Part shown: in pieces, positions 30,701 through 41,672 of the stretch
Position numbering within the stretch: position 1 is the stretch's first letter
Layout: every line of letters begins with the position of its first letter
Source of the DNA: Bacteroidota bacterium
GTDB taxonomy: Bacteria > Bacteroidota > Bacteroidia > AKYH767-A > OLB10
Assembly: GCA_031411335.1 (NCBI GenBank)
Contig: JANOAX010000059.1
Span: 3,071-67,070, forward strand
DNA length: 64,000 nt
Reading direction: 5' to 3'
The notes under the pieces: generated by a model
Database searches by the model: none
Told to the model about the DNA's origin: nothing
What the model saw: only the letters and a program-made list of their open reading frames with translations
Program-made: the position numbers and the translations under genes

Positions 30701-33700
30701 GGTTCCCCATGCTGTCACACTTAATGGTACTTCGTATTCATAATAGTTTTCGCTAAAGTCATTACCCATACGGATAAACACATTCATGTCGCCGCTTTTC
30801 AAAGCATCAGGATCACCAGAACTCTCTGCATGAATAAACATTTTTATTTTTTCATACAATCGTAAATCCAATTCCAAATTCTTAAATGCTCCTCTTGCAT
30901 CACCATCTTCCAAATCACAAACTTTCAATGATAAACTTTGCTCATTCAATCTTTGAAGAACGGTTGAACCAATATTGATCTCACGTAAAATTCCTGGAGG
31001 AATCGCATAATTGATGGGAGTACGTTTTCCATTCTCTTCAATGTTCACCACAGAAATATCAAAGGTGGCATTGTTTGGATCCGTTCCAATCACATCACCT
31101 ATTGCACGTAAATCGTAATTGTATTTTCTCCACTCTCCTCTCAAAAGTTCTAATCGGGCAAAACGCAATGTCATCGGCTCATCAAAAGTAGTCATGAACA
31201 TACGGATAAAAGAAATAGTGTTGAATCCTTCGATATCACCAATGCGGGTAATATTTGGATTCGTTCCATTGATTTCACGGATCGGAATTTTAAACTGATA
31301 CCAAGTTACCTGATCGGATGTTCCATTCGGTAAGTTTACAGTTCGTGTGATTTTATCAACGATAAAATTTTGCCCTACTTCCATTTCACCTGGACGCAAC
31401 GACACGCGGTATTGATAATATTGCTCGCTACTTTCTTGATTAAAATCTTTATTTACGTCAGCTACATCAGGAATTGTTGTTGCCGCAGTAGGATAACTCT
31501 CCGGCGATTGCGCATCCGTTGGCGAATTACCCTCAGGATTACTAAATCTTTTGTAACGATCTAAAATTCCTAAGCCTTGGTTATCGTAATCCGTTCCGCG
31601 GTAGTAATGGTAGTTATCGGAAGATGGATCTATTGCTGCTTCTGCATACGCTTGAGCATTTACATTGGCTTGTAAGTCGTTCAAGTACGTTTGAAAGAAA
31701 GAAGTTTCTAAATTATTTCTGAGACCATCAAACCCTACGTCTTGAAATTGACGCGCATCGGGACTATTATCAAAAGCGTAAATAATGGGCGGTTGTGTTT
31801 TCGGTGTAAATCCCCAAATGGTATTACTTGCAACACTGGTATCGCCATCAATAGGCAATCCATTTTCATATTCCAGTTTTCCATCTTTCAATACATCCTC
31901 TGAAATATTTCCCAAGTTGAAATATAAATCTCCTCCACCTTGATTAACATTTTGTGTATTGCTATTAAAAGGATCCATCATCCAAAACTGAATGAATTCA
32001 ATATTGGCTACATCAAAATCAGTAGTTTCAATTCTACGCATGATACCGCCCCAACGTGAACCTGGATTATTTAATTTACCTGCAGAGTTAACACCTGCGC
32101 TCAGTGCACTTGGTACTACATCATAATTATAAGGTCCGCGCTCTTCTGGAAAATAACTGATGTTGAAGACAGGAAGTACAACAGTTTGCCCTTGCTGTGC
32201 TTCACGATTTGGAAAAATTTCTTTCTCTGGAACTTGACGTACTAAGTGATTGGAAATGGCATTGTCATCGATATTTGGAGGTGTTACTCCTGAAAGATTA
32301 CGATAAAATAATGGATCGATGATATACCATGAAAATTTTGCGCGATTCTTTCCGTACTCTAAACTAACGCTATCTGCTTCTGGTAATAATCTCGTTGGTG
32401 CCGAAGCAAGAATCCAAGAACCCACATTTCGCAAATCAATGGTACTTTGACTTCCTTCAAAATCGTCGATATAAGCAGTACCATTTTTTCCGATGGCTTT
32501 ATTATTTCCTGGAACTAAGTTTGCAAATTCTCCAGCTACCGTAATCGTAGAAACTTCTTTGGTTGATATTCCAGGAAGCTTATCAATCATTCGAGTTAAC
32601 CAACGTGATTCAGTTCGCCAAGTTCCATCCACACCCCAAATAGTATTTGCAATGGGCTCATCACCAATATTTACTTTTTGTGTGATGGGACGTTCATTCA
32701 ATCGTAAAATAGTACCTCCTAAAACAAGATCCTTATTCACGGTATAATCAAATCGAGAACCGAATAACGTTTTGGATTGAATACTAAAAAGTGAATTACT
32801 CTCTAAAGAAATATTGATTGCCGTTCCTGAATTTAAAATACTTTGATTGATGATTTTTACACGACCTAAATTATAATCCACTGTATAATCTACGTTCTCC
32901 GTTAACGGAGCACCACCGGCAGTCACCTTTACCGATCCTTGTGGAATGTTGATAGCATTCAGTGGAATGTCAGATCCATATTTACTGATGTAACTTCCTT
33001 TTAAACTAAACTTATTTTTGGAAGCTTGTTGAATCGCGAAAATCCGCGTTGAATCATACAATGCTTCGTACACATACGGTGCTGCTGCAGCTGAATCATT
33101 AAACTTGCTTTCCAAAAACGATCCAAAAGGTTCGCGAACCGGGAAAATAATTCGACCGTTATTACTATTGATCGTAACGCCTTCAATAAAATCGAATTCT
33201 CCATCGGGACGCGGATCATTGTTACTATTTAATTTATCTAAATTGAAAAGTCGATTTAACGGCTTGGCGTAAACGTTAGTTTGTGCAGAAGATGTTGGAA
33301 TGTAGTTTAGTCGATTACCAATGGTATCTACATAATACAATACATCCATTTTAAAATCTTTTCTATCCAACTGAAATCCGCCCAACGCATAAACGTTCTT
33401 CATCATCAAATCCCAGGTTGGTAACTTTGTATTGTTTACACGACCTTTCAAAAGTTTCATGAATAATACTTTCGGTGGTTCAATTCCCGTGTTGGTCAAA
33501 TCTCCTACACGATATACTTTACCACCGATGGTGTATTCGTAAGCCACTGCTAAAACTTCATTCCCATTGAGCGCTTGGTTTAATGAGATATAACCTAAAC
33601 GTGGATTGAAAGTATACTCTGTAGTAGCTAATCGACGAGCGTTTTGAACTACTTCATAGTCACGAGATGGACTTAATGCCGTTATACCCGCAATGGAATT

Positions 33701-34954
33701 TTGCACCAAAGTAACATCTCTCAGGTCTGGATTCTGGAGGAATTGATCATACAAACTATTAGCTGAGTCTTGTGGAAACGGGACAGTGACATTCCATGCA
33801 TTTGTGATATATCCTGTGGGCTCAAAATAATTTCGCTCTCCCAAATCCATCGCCGCCAAAACGGTACGCGTATTATCAGTACTATTATTCCGATTAGTCA
33901 CCCATACTTCGATACGAGTAATGGATGCTAATGAATTGATGAAAGGAAGATCGGCCAATGAAACATCATACTGATCTTTGAAATATTGTCCAATGAAATA
34001 ATGTTTGTTTACCTCATACTGATCGCAGGGAATATCAAACTTCGTGGTAGTTGCTCCGCCTTTCACTTCAATGTTGGAAGCTTGTCCGCGCTGTTGTGAA
34101 AGCAATGTGGTTACCATCAGTCGACCAAACTTCAACTGTGTTTTCAATCCGAACAAACTCTGGCTACCTTGAATCAATTGAGAATTGAGCGGTAAACTTA
34201 CGTTACCTGCTTCTATCTTTTGAATAATCTCATCTTCATAACCTGTGTACTCCAATTTCATTTGATTCTCAAAATCGAAACTGGCTTGCGTATTATAGTT
34301 GGTGGTAATCTTCAATTTCTCTCCGATATTACCAATCACATTCATTTGAATCTGCTCACGGAAATCGAAAGTGGTAATTCGACGTTGGCGCTCTGGTAAG
34401 GTTGGATTATCGTAACGCGAAATATTTAATCCGAAAGCCAGTGATGCCGATCCTTGCGGACGAATGTCGATGGTGTTACCACCAAAAATTCGGTTGAACG
34501 CTTCGCCACCTACGTAAATACGAGGAGAACCACTTTTACGTGCGGCCGCATTCTCTGCGTTTGCTTTTTGTTTCCAATAGTTTTTTGTGCTTTTTTCAAA
34601 CTCCGACTCTTTAAACTCTTCAAAGGTCATGTAGCTTGGACTTCTAAAAAAATTACTCCCAATATTTTCGTTGATATCGTACTGACGCTCTTCCGGATTA
34701 TATTCAATCGTTGTTTGAATATTGCTTGGGTTGCCCATATAAAGTGGACTACTGGGTGCATTGCTGTTATACGGATCGGCATAACGATCATCAAAAGGAT
34801 AAGGCAAATGCACAGCGGCAGTATCCGAGTCACCTGCAGCAAAGGGCATGGAATCGAATGGACTAAAAACGATTTCTGATCCAGATGCCCATACCAAAGA
34901 TATTAGCAACGTGAAGCAAAAAATGATAAGTGAGTACGAACGGATCTGCTTCAA
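27704..34954 (-). CDS. sprA: T9SS outer-membrane translocon SprA/Sov
   Basis: 2416 aa with a signal peptide. Size, beta-rich composition and the conserved ruvA-sprA-gcvH neighbourhood match Flavobacterium-type SprA. All internal antisense ORFs are treated as spurious. Confidence 0.85.
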   Translation of the reverse strand: MKQIRSYSLIIFCFTLLISLVWASGSEIVFSPFDSMPFAAGDSDTAAVHLPYPFDDRYADPYNSNAPSSPLYMGNPSNIQTTIEYNPEERQYDINENIGSNFFRSPSYMTFEEFKESEFEKSTKNYWKQKANAENAAARKSGSPRIYVGGEAFNRIFGGNTIDIRPQGSASLAFGLNISRYDNPTLPERQRRITTFDFREQIQMNVIGNIGEKLKITTNYNTQASFDFENQMKLEYTGYEDEIIQKIEAGNVSLPLNSQLIQGSQSLFGLKTQLKFGRLMVTTLLSQQRGQASNIEVKGGATTTKFDIPCDQYEVNKHYFIGQYFKDQYDVSLADLPFINSLASITRIEVWVTNRNNSTDNTRTVLAAMDLGERNYFEPTGYITNAWNVTVPFPQDSANSLYDQFLQNPDLRDVTLVQNSIAGITALSPSRDYEVVQNARRLATTEYTFNPRLGYISLNQALNGNEVLAVAYEYTIGGKVYRVGDLTNTGIEPPKVLFMKLLKGRVNNTKLPTWDLMMKNVYALGGFQLDRKDFKMDVLYYVDTIGNRLNYIPTSSAQTNVYAKPLNRLFNLDKLNSNNDPRPDGEFDFIEGVTINSNNGRIIFPVREPFGSFLESKFNDSAAAAPYVYEALYDSTRIFAIQQASKNKFSLKGSYISKYGSDIPLNAINIPQGSVKVTAGGAPLTENVDYTVDYNLGRVKIINQSILNSGTAINISLESNSLFSIQSKTLFGSRFDYTVNKDLVLGGTILRLNERPITQKVNIGDEPIANTIWGVDGTWRTESRWLTRMIDKLPGISTKEVSTITVAGEFANLVPGNNKAIGKNGTAYIDDFEGSQSTIDLRNVGSWILASAPTRLLPEADSVSLEYGKNRAKFSWYIIDPLFYRNLSGVTPPNIDDNAISNHLVRQVPEKEIFPNREAQQGQTVVLPVFNISYFPEERGPYNYDVVPSALSAGVNSAGKLNNPGSRWGGIMRRIETTDFDVANIEFIQFWMMDPFNSNTQNVNQGGGDLYFNLGNISEDVLKDGKLEYENGLPIDGDTSVASNTIWGFTPKTQPPIIYAFDNSPDARQFQDVGFDGLRNNLETSFFQTYLNDLQANVNAQAYAEAAIDPSSDNYHYYRGTDYDNQGLGILDRYKRFSNPEGNSPTDAQSPESYPTAATTIPDVADVNKDFNQESSEQYYQYRVSLRPGEMEVGQNFIVDKITRTVNLPNGTSDQVTWYQFKIPIREINGTNPNITRIGDIEGFNTISFIRMFMTTFDEPMTLRFARLELLRGEWRKYNYDLRAIGDVIGTDPNNATFDISVVNIEENGKRTPINYAIPPGILREINIGSTVLQRLNEQSLSLKVCDLEDGDARGAFKNLELDLRLYEKIKMFIHAESSGDPDALKSGDMNVFIRMGNDFSENYYEYEVPLSVTAWGTTSPDAIWPTANNIELELEKFVDMKLRRNKAVDNSGGALNITSLYSERESGTNRTFSVRGNPSLSSIRSIMIGIRNPKLDPLLPGSDDGQKKCGEVWVNELRLTDFSKKGGWAANGRVNAKLADIGNVTVAGQHKSANFGPLDQKVSERPVNSETTFNVTSSIYLGKFLPQKANLDIPMYVNYGTVVRNPVYDPLDQDVLFTKSLGEADSKSEKREIKKRSQDYTQTKGINFTNVKKNRNAGAKARVYDVENFNFTYGYDEVFHRDINIEYDVVKTHRGAVGYNYNTTPKYIAPFEKANIMKSKYLKPIKDINLNLIPTSLNFRADVTRMYGEKLFRNNTGFNDIIRDTFFNKNFEMRRLYDFKLDLTRSIKIDFNANNFSVVDEPEGRIDSKDDRDSIRSNIFGKNFLLGRNKNYQQTGNVSYQVPLNKFPFTNWISLNARYGFNYSWTAGQYLRNTEGLFTTDPRTGNTIQNSNTKQLNGNFTMTTLYNKVPWLKKMNSPKPKTPPKPKVKPPDPATTPSDSLKPKIPIPAEKKPRTTPDAVRFVARMIMGLKTVGFTYSETNGTSLPGYVNYSDVFGQDLNNNSPGIGFTVGSQRDIRERAVRGGWITADSTLNNPLTRTYSSNFSGRASIEPFEGMKIELTATRQFSRNNSEFFRYNGTGFESQGVTETGNFSISVIGWGTAFVKDDSKTYESATFDKFNQNRKILSERLASQNPNSIGLAPADTFGVVYNDGYSGTQQEVLALAFLSAYTGKSPTGIDLNVFPRIPLPNWRITYDGLGKLPLLKKIFTSVNITHSYRATYNVNSFQRNASYVDSEFPSVKDISGNFVPKRELAQVSMSEQFGPLIGVDVTWKNNMQTRAEFRRDRNVSLTYAGVQITEVKGNEIVLGFGYRMPKFRLPFGLGGKKKVAGNSLNLTADFSARRNITVIRRLLEGVNQPTAGLNVYSIKGAADYTVNERLNVRLFYEQTINTPVISTSFPTSNVLTGIEVRFSLSQ

Positions 34955-35077
34955 ACGGGTAATTTCAAGGTTAGGAGGTCAACTACGAGGCGCGCCAAAA
35001 ATAGCATAATTCTTTTTGGTAACGATCCTTACAGGGAACGTTTATATTAAGTTCTACGCTAAACCATTCTATTAGTT

Positions 35078-35665
35078 TCACAGATGGCTTAGTGCTACTT
35101 TAATCAACTCCTCTACTTTGGAATTAGATCCCAATGATTTAGAGGCTTGTAGAATTGCTTTTTCGGCGCTCGCACGTGCAAAACCGAGGGTTAGGAGAGC
35201 ACTTAACGCTTCATTACTTTCCGTATTGTATGTGGGAGATGTATTTATTTCGTTTAAAACCATGCCCTTTTTCATCTTATCTTGCAAGTCAATCACGATC
35301 CGTTGGGCGGTTTTGGCTCCAATTCCCTTCACTTTTTGCAGGCTTGTTACATCTCCCGTGGCAATAACCTGGCGGAGATGGGATGCCGACATGGAAGACA
35401 GTACAATCCTACTTGTAGAAGCACCTACTCCACTGACGCTCAATAATTCACGAAACATAAAACGCTCTTCTTGATCGAAAAATCCGAATAAAATTTGGGC
35501 ATCTTCACGAACTACATGATGTGCAAAAAGGCGAACACTTGACTTATCCTTCAATTGCCCGAATGTGTAAAGTGAAATTTGAAGGTGGTAACCCACTCCT
35601 CCACAATCGATAGTGACGTCGGTGGGTGAGAGGCCAGCAATTTTACCGTTAAAATAATCAAACAT
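35078..35665 (-). CDS. ruvA: Holliday junction branch migration complex subunit RuvA
   Basis: 195 aa. MFDYFNGKI ... VGYHLQISL, the helix-hairpin-helix region LLSVSGVGASTSRIVLS ... LQKVKGIGAKTAQRIV, and the C-terminal domain EALSALLTLGF. Confidence 0.9.
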   Translation of the reverse strand: MFDYFNGKIAGLSPTDVTIDCGGVGYHLQISLYTFGQLKDKSSVRLFAHHVVREDAQILFGFFDQEERFMFRELLSVSGVGASTSRIVLSSMSASHLRQVIATGDVTSLQKVKGIGAKTAQRIVIDLQDKMKKGMVLNEINTSPTYNTESNEALSALLTLGFARASAEKAILQASKSLGSNSKVEELIKVALSHL

Positions 35666-35696
35666 GGAGCAAATGTATCTTTTTTAGCCGTTTTAA

Positions 35697-35873
35697 TACC
35701 AATTCCAAGTATATTTTAGTTTAAAGCTGCGACGTATTTTTTTGCCAAGACGATTTAAAAAAATTGTTGCATAGCCTTAGTCTACGGAACTATTTTTTTA
35801 AGAAGTATTGGTGAAAAAGAGTCCCGATAGCTATCGGGAAGCAGATAGGACTAAAATATACTTGGAGTTGGTA
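35697..35873. repeat. 177-bp element bounded by 24-bp inverted repeats (23/24 match); MITE-like or long hairpin
   Basis: TACCAATTCCAAGTATATTTTAGT (35697-35720) against the reverse complement of ACTAAAATATACTTGGAGTTGGTA (35850-35873). It contains the 18-bp palindrome TCCCGATAGCTATCGGGA (35822-35839). Confidence 0.7.
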
Positions 35874-36089
35874 TATAATGGGATAACGGAAAAATCTAGA
35901 CAAAATTTTGACATAATATTTCCAATAAAAGGTAATCTTTGTGGATCATGAAAAAATGAACTGCGATAGATGAACGCATCTGTGTTCAAGAATAAAATAC
36001 AAATCGCGTCAAAATTATTGTTCAAGCCTCTCCCCGGCCCTCTCCATAGGAGAGGGAGTTGTGGAAAAAATTAAATTATTATACTATCA

Positions 36090-37544
36090 ATGAGAAATTG
36101 GTTTTACATTTCTATTTTAATAACCACACTCCTATCTTTCTTTTCGACAGAGGGAAGGGCGCAAAATCTATTTAAAAATCCAGGCTTTGAATCCTATACT
36201 CAATGTCCAAATTATACATCTCAAATTGATCGCTGTACGGATTGGGATTCTGCCATTGGCACTGCTGATTTTTACCATTGCGGATATTATTCCCCTTCTA
36301 CCACGGGCACTTACGGAAATCCGAGAAACGGGAATGGCGTTATTGGGCTGGTGAATTCTCCGCCCAGCGTTTGGAATCCGGGAATGGGTTGGTATGGGGA
36401 AACATTTAAAGGTTCTTTAACACAAACATTAATTCCCGGAGCTACTTATCAGGTAGAATCACATTGGCTTTACACAACCACCAATTTGCCAGTACCTACG
36501 ATGAATTGTTTTTCGGTCGGATTTTATTTTTTCAAAAGCATCCATCCTCCATCAGCACCGTTGCGTGGCTGTGCATCATTTCGCCCGCAAATACAAATAG
36601 ATCCTACCTTGATTCAAGTGAGTTCATACACCTCGTTTACTATAAATTTTGTTGCCGACAGTTGTTACGATGCAGTGATGGTGGGTTTCTTTTGTAACGA
36701 CAGCACCGAAACTCCTACTTGTATGCAGGTTGCTGAAAGCGATTATGCAAATGTGGATGATATCAGTTTAACTAAAATAAGTGATGCTCCTTTAACAAGT
36801 AGCGGATTTTTAAGTAACGAACTTTCAATTTGTGTAGATGATTGCATCGCATTTCAAGATACCTCCGATGCCAATAGAATTTCCAGAATCTGGTATTTTG
36901 AAAATGGGAATCCAGCAATATCTACTGATAAAAATCCGAGTTCTGTTTGTTACGATGCACCGGGCGATTATGATGTGACCTTGGTAACCGTGTACGAATG
37001 CGGAAGCGATTCCATTGTAAAAAACGATTATATTCATGTAGATGAAATACCAACGGTAGAAATTTCTGCAGATACTACTATTGTTTGCGTTGGACAAGAA
37101 AAAACAATTACCGCAACAGGTGTAGAACCCTTTTATTGGTCGACAGGGGAGATGGGAACTTCCATTGTAGTGAAACAAGCTGGAATTTATTTTGCATCGG
37201 CATCCAATACTTGCGGCGTGGCGGGAGATACTATCGGCATCGCCTATGAGAAGTGCCCGTGCAATGTTTGGATTCCAAATGCATTTAGTCCGAACACCGA
37301 CACCAAAAATGAAAATTATAAAATTGTGAGCGATTGCATTTTAGAAGAATTCAATTTGCATATTTATAATCGTTGGGGACAAGAAGTTTTTGCAGGAAAT
37401 GATATCGATTCTTTTTGGGATGGCTTTTATAAAAACAACGTTGCACCCGAAGGAATTTATGTCGCTAAAGTAAATTACAAAGGTCATGCTGATGGAAGGT
37501 TGAAAGATGAGCAAGTGGTAAGGACGATTATGTTACTACGGTAG
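36090..37544 (+). CDS. PKD-domain secreted protein with T9SS type B (gliding-motility-associated) C-terminal domain
   Basis: Signal peptide present. PKD-like segment CYDAPGDYDVTLVTVYECGSDS. C-terminus VWIPNAFSPNTDTKNENYKI ... LHIYNRWGQEVF ... FWDG ... EGIYVAKVNY is the type B sorting-domain signature. Confidence 0.8.
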   Translation: MRNWFYISILITTLLSFFSTEGRAQNLFKNPGFESYTQCPNYTSQIDRCTDWDSAIGTADFYHCGYYSPSTTGTYGNPRNGNGVIGLVNSPPSVWNPGMGWYGETFKGSLTQTLIPGATYQVESHWLYTTTNLPVPTMNCFSVGFYFFKSIHPPSAPLRGCASFRPQIQIDPTLIQVSSYTSFTINFVADSCYDAVMVGFFCNDSTETPTCMQVAESDYANVDDISLTKISDAPLTSSGFLSNELSICVDDCIAFQDTSDANRISRIWYFENGNPAISTDKNPSSVCYDAPGDYDVTLVTVYECGSDSIVKNDYIHVDEIPTVEISADTTIVCVGQEKTITATGVEPFYWSTGEMGTSIVVKQAGIYFASASNTCGVAGDTIGIAYEKCPCNVWIPNAFSPNTDTKNENYKIVSDCILEEFNLHIYNRWGQEVFAGNDIDSFWDGFYKNNVAPEGIYVAKVNYKGHADGRLKDEQVVRTIMLLR

Positions 37545-37743
37545 GAATTAGCATCGCGAGGCTTCTCGATGGCAAATCCTTATACTATTAAATTATCTAT
37601 GATTGTAAAATATAGTCAACTGAAAATCTGGCTACCAACATTAGCTGTTCTATTACGGGCGTACTTATGCTTATCAAAAGATAATCAACCTAAAAAGTCA
37701 ATAGAAAGCACTATAGTTCATGTTTCAGTATTAAATTAAATTA

Positions 37744-37774
37744 ATGAGCCCGACAATGTGTCGGGCTCATTTTA
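37744..37774. terminator. Bidirectional intrinsic terminator between convergent genes
   Basis: ATGAGCCCGACA (37744-37755) pairs perfectly with TGTCGGGCTCAT (37759-37770) around a 3-nt loop. It is flanked by A/T runs on both sides. Confidence 0.7.
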
Positions 37775-37845
37775 TTATCAGAATTACTATTAATACCCAA
37801 CCTTTTGGGCAAAACTTATTAGGGAATTCTTTTGTTTTTTAAAAT

Positions 37846-39681
37846 TTATTGCAAAATGATTTTTTTAGTTACAAATTGATTTTTATTTAAAACCTTCAGA
37901 ATATAACTTCCCTTTGATAAAGCACTCAAATCTATCTGCAAGTCTGACGCCCCAATATTTAAATATTCTTCACTTAAAGTGTTGCGTCCTAATAAATCAA
38001 AAATTTCAATTTTACATTTCGAATGCTCAAGTTCGGGTATGGATATCGTTATTTTTCCTGTGGATGGATTAGGAGTAATCAACACATCAAAATTCAAAAG
38101 TTCTTCGTTTATTCCTACAGCATAAGTAATAAAACCATCATTAACCTGGCCTCTGATTTCACCGTTTGGAAAAGCGCTATTGTGAATATCTAAGTATACA
38201 CTATCGGAAGAAAACTGAGCCGAATTGAGAGCTAGAAAAGGAATAATGTCAGAGCTTGTCCAAAAACTATTTGCTGAAGCATTGTTTCCCACAACAGTCA
38301 TTGCCGATGACATATTATATATTACAGATCCATTTTGTCCACTAATATTGTTTTTGAAATAACTATCAATAGGGGGAGCGCTCAAATTTCCTACAACCCA
38401 GTTATAATGGGCATTCTCTTCATCCCGGCTTATTGACACGATCCCAGAGCCATATGCTGCGCTTGAAATCGCAGGTACTACTTGTTGTCCTTCAAGATTC
38501 ACTGTAAAACCTTCGCGTGCATATCTTACAACTTGTGACCTTATTTCACCTTGAGGATGGCTGGATGTATGTATCAGGAGTGCTAAATTACTTTTCAAAA
38601 GCCTGTCTTTGTTTAATGCACTTATATTTGTTTTAGTCCCGCTGATTCTATTGCCATTTATACTTGACGTAAAGTCTACTTGAAACGACGAACTGTTATA
38701 AGGTTGGCCAAAATCTCCTATATGTAAATGGCTATAATCAATTGATGATGCCACACCGTCAATAACAATATCATAATACATGGTTGTTAAGTCCGGACTA
38801 AAACGAATTACACATACTCCCTGAGCCGGAGTTGAAACTGGTGGAACCATTTGTGACCCATCCAATATACCATCAAACGTAAGCCCTTTGTAATTTACCA
38901 ATTGAGATCTAAGCTCACCGGTTGTATGCTGAGTGGTTGTAATATTTAAATAAATCTCGCCGGCGAGTAAATTACTCAGTACAGAAGCCGTTGGATTTAT
39001 AGTTCCTGTAATTACATTGCCATTAATGAAAGAAGATATATCAGCTACCTGTACACCAACCATTCCAATCGTCCCAGCATATAATTTTGCACTGGTAATG
39101 GGTCCCGTCAAACCTTGACAAATAATTTTGAAATTTAGATTACTATTATCCATTGACAAGCCAAATGATCCTAAACCATAAGCTGTACTTGACATTATCA
39201 TAGGAATAGTTTCCATACTATTTAAATTGGAAACAAAATTTAAATCCGTTTCAAGTTTTATTTGGCCACGAATTTCTCCAAATGGATTGGCAGCAGTTGT
39301 GACAAGAACATAAAGATCATCATTAAAATATTTTGCCATGTTGGCGGTAACATTTGTTCCTGAGATTGTAGTAGCAAGTCTATTACCTGTCAGAAAGGGT
39401 GTCAAATCAAGAAACAATGTGCCATTAGTCCCAACGGCTCCCTGATATATACTCACGTTCACTGGAGCACCACTTAACATCGCGAAACTGATATTAACTG
39501 CAATTGCGTCTCTGTTTTTGTTGAGCATAAAACTTCCAATTCCTTTAGCGGAAGTTGAAACCGCCGGAATTGCTTGCGCTCCATCCATGGTGGAGGTAAA
39601 TAATAAATTTTCTTTAAATGTTATGGCATACGCTTGCGAACATGCAATTATTGATATTGCTATAAGTAGTAATTTTTTCAT
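37846..39681 (-). CDS. Four-CHRD-domain secreted protein with T9SS type A sorting domain
   Basis: Four repeats each end in a CHRD hallmark (PFGEIRGQI, TTGELRSQL, PQGEIRSQV, PNGEIRGQV) and start with G.Q.VP.VS..A.G. C-terminus VLITPNPSTGKITISI ... GSYILKVLNKNQFVTKKIILQ. Confidence 0.75.
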   Translation of the reverse strand: MKKLLLIAISIIACSQAYAITFKENLLFTSTMDGAQAIPAVSTSAKGIGSFMLNKNRDAIAVNISFAMLSGAPVNVSIYQGAVGTNGTLFLDLTPFLTGNRLATTISGTNVTANMAKYFNDDLYVLVTTAANPFGEIRGQIKLETDLNFVSNLNSMETIPMIMSSTAYGLGSFGLSMDNSNLNFKIICQGLTGPITSAKLYAGTIGMVGVQVADISSFINGNVITGTINPTASVLSNLLAGEIYLNITTTQHTTGELRSQLVNYKGLTFDGILDGSQMVPPVSTPAQGVCVIRFSPDLTTMYYDIVIDGVASSIDYSHLHIGDFGQPYNSSSFQVDFTSSINGNRISGTKTNISALNKDRLLKSNLALLIHTSSHPQGEIRSQVVRYAREGFTVNLEGQQVVPAISSAAYGSGIVSISRDEENAHYNWVVGNLSAPPIDSYFKNNISGQNGSVIYNMSSAMTVVGNNASANSFWTSSDIIPFLALNSAQFSSDSVYLDIHNSAFPNGEIRGQVNDGFITYAVGINEELLNFDVLITPNPSTGKITISIPELEHSKCKIEIFDLLGRNTLSEEYLNIGASDLQIDLSALSKGSYILKVLNKNQFVTKKIILQ

Positions 39682-39789
39682 GATCTTTAATTTTAATTGG
39701 TTATGAACTTCGAATTTATGCTATATAATTGTTTTAAAAACTGTCTCAGTTCGGATACAATTCTTTTGAAGTTAGATTGTAAAAAAAGT

Positions 39790-39839
39790 GGACGAACTCT
39801 ATAATACTGAGTTTCGTCATCAAAATTGTTTGTTCGTCC
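39790..39839 (+). promoter_or_regulatory. Candidate LytTR operator: TTCGTC direct repeats 20 bp apart plus an inverted GGACGAAC/GTTCGTCC pair
   Basis: GGACGAAC at 39790-39797. TTCGTC at 39813-39818 and 39833-39838. GTTCGTCC at 39832-39839. The site lies 55-100 bp upstream of the kinase start, in the divergent region shared with the CHRD gene. Confidence 0.3.
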
Positions 39840-39891
39840 CGAAATTTGATTTATACATAAATAATCATCATTTTTGGTATATTAAGTAACT

Positions 39892-40944
39892 ATGAAAGCA
39901 GAAAAATTTAATATTAGCAAAATCCTTATTGAAAACCGTTGGGTATGGCATTGCTGTTTTTGGATCTTTTATGTTTTATATGTTTTTAGAAATTATTATA
40001 TAACTTTTTCGGAGTTTAGGGACCGTTTAAATTTTATGCTGGTTGCGGATTTGATATTCGTTGTATTTGTCTATGCAACGTTGTTTTTATACAGGCAATT
40101 GGTTCAAAGGAAAAAATATTTCCTGTTTTTATTCACAGGTACTTTACTTTGGTTATCGTTCGTGGTTTTAAGAAGCTATCTGATGAAGGGAATGATGCAA
40201 ACAATACCCTCTGTTGCGAATTTGAAAATAGACCAGATTATTCTGAGTAGTCTTACACCATTCTTTTTGTTTTATATTCTAGTGGTGGTTTTTAAATATC
40301 TGAAAGACCTTTTTTTCATCCAGTACCGTCAAAATCAACAACAAAAACTACAAATGCATTTTGAATTAGAAAATTTGAAGGCACAAATCTCTCCACATTT
40401 TTTATTCAATACTATGAATAACTTTTATGGATTAGCAGTAGAGAATTCAAGAAAATTACCCGATCTAATGATTCGTCTTTCAGACTTATTACGATACTCC
40501 CTATATGAAACAAAGCAAGAGAAAGTGCCATTGAAAGACGAGATAGACTATTTGAAGAATTATATTGAATTAGAAAAAATCCGCTTAGAATCAAATTTAG
40601 ATATTGTATTTAATGTCAATGTAGATAACCCAGAAAAGTATCAAATCGCTCCTTTAATGTTTATCGTCTTTATTGAAAATGCATTTAAGCACGCCCGAAA
40701 CATAATAAATGAACCGGTTTATATCGCGATTAACATCGCAGTTTCTGGAGATGGAATTTTAAATCTTGTCGTAAAAAATAATTTCAATGCAAATGCTAAA
40801 AATGATCTCGTCACTGAAAAGGGGATTGGATTAGAGAATGTTAAAAAAAGATTGAGCGTAATTTATCCGAATGAAAATCATCTTTTGAGAATTGATCATA
40901 ATGAACGGCTCTACAATGTTGACCTAACAATTCAATTACAGTAA
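39892..40944 (+). CDS. LytS/YehU-type sensor histidine kinase (His_kinase internal region family)
   Basis: N-terminal multi-TM region. LENLKAQISPHFLFNTMNNFYGLA is the signature H-box of this family. C-terminal ATPase motifs IENAFKHA and KGIGLENVKKRL. Confidence 0.85.
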   Translation: MKAEKFNISKILIENRWVWHCCFWIFYVLYVFRNYYITFSEFRDRLNFMLVADLIFVVFVYATLFLYRQLVQRKKYFLFLFTGTLLWLSFVVLRSYLMKGMMQTIPSVANLKIDQIILSSLTPFFLFYILVVVFKYLKDLFFIQYRQNQQQKLQMHFELENLKAQISPHFLFNTMNNFYGLAVENSRKLPDLMIRLSDLLRYSLYETKQEKVPLKDEIDYLKNYIELEKIRLESNLDIVFNVNVDNPEKYQIAPLMFIVFIENAFKHARNIINEPVYIAINIAVSGDGILNLVVKNNFNANAKNDLVTEKGIGLENVKKRLSVIYPNENHLLRIDHNERLYNVDLTIQLQ

Positions 40945-41672
40945 TGGAAAATTCTCAAAAATATAGATCTCTTATCGTGGACGATGAGCCTATAGCCAGG
41001 AAAATAATTGTTGGTTATGTTGCACAAATTGACCTACTAGAAAATGCCGGTGAATGTAAAAATGCAATCGAAGCTTTAGAGTTTATTTCAAGAGATAGCT
41101 CGATTCAAATTGTTTTTTTAGATATCAATATGCCTAATCTGACAGGTTTAGCGATGGCCAAAATTGTTAAAACGAATATAAAAATAATTTTTACTACGGC
41201 ATATTCCGAGTTTGCCGTTGCCAGCTATGAGGTGAGTGCGGTAGATTATTTGGTAAAACCATTTCCGTTTGAGCGTTTTGCAATTTCTGTATTTAAAGCA
41301 ATTGAAAGTATTAGATTAACAGCGAATTCTTTTAATGAAATTTTGCCACTAGATAAAACGATCTATATTAAATCCGAGGGAATGAGTTATCCAGTTGTGT
41401 TGAGTGATATCCAATATTGTGAAGCTATGAAAAATTATACGAAAATTATATTAAGTAATGGAAAAATTCTTAAACCATTGGTTGCCTTCTCCAAAATGGA
41501 ACAAGATTTGATAAAAGAGAGTGGTGATTTTTTACGAGTGCATCGCTCCTTTCTGATTTCCAAAAAACATATTACAGCTGTAAAAAGCACTTCGGTAAAA
41601 ATTGGCAAATTTGAAGTGCCGGTTGGCCAGCAATTCAGAGACGCCTTTCTAAAGTCAATAGGTAAAAAATAA
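40944..41672 (+). CDS. LytR/AlgR family response regulator (receiver + LytTR DNA-binding domain)
   Basis: Receiver domain: LIVDDEPIARK ... VFLDINMPNLTG ... DYLVKPF. LytTR domain: IQYCEAMKNYTKI ... FLRVHRSFLISKKHI. Its start overlaps the kinase stop. Confidence 0.85.
   Translation: MENSQKYRSLIVDDEPIARKIIVGYVAQIDLLENAGECKNAIEALEFISRDSSIQIVFLDINMPNLTGLAMAKIVKTNIKIIFTTAYSEFAVASYEVSAVDYLVKPFPFERFAISVFKAIESIRLTANSFNEILPLDKTIYIKSEGMSYPVVLSDIQYCEAMKNYTKIILSNGKILKPLVAFSKMEQDLIKESGDFLRVHRSFLISKKHITAVKSTSVKIGKFEVPVGQQFRDAFLKSIGKK

Noticed and set aside
27704-34954. Many 60-140-aa ORFs on the plus strand inside sprA, and similar antisense ORFs inside SusC, the 1317-aa gene and maeB
   Set aside because: They lie fully within long, well-supported genes on the opposite strand and have no recognisable features. 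These are the usual antisense open frames.
35831-36025. 64-aa ORF in the ruvA upstream region, and the 61-aa ORF at 46323-46508
   Set aside because: Both lie in AT-rich intergenic DNA that overlaps inverted-repeat elements or promoter regions. Neither has a ribosome-binding context or recognisable motif, so both are likely spurious.
36038-36056. GC-rich hairpin CCCTCTCC-ata-GGAGAGGG upstream of the 36090 gene, considered as a regulatory element of special interest
   Set aside because: It has a short 8-bp stem. I see no second copy in the window and can attach no specific function. It is noted only as a possible terminator or insulator remnant.
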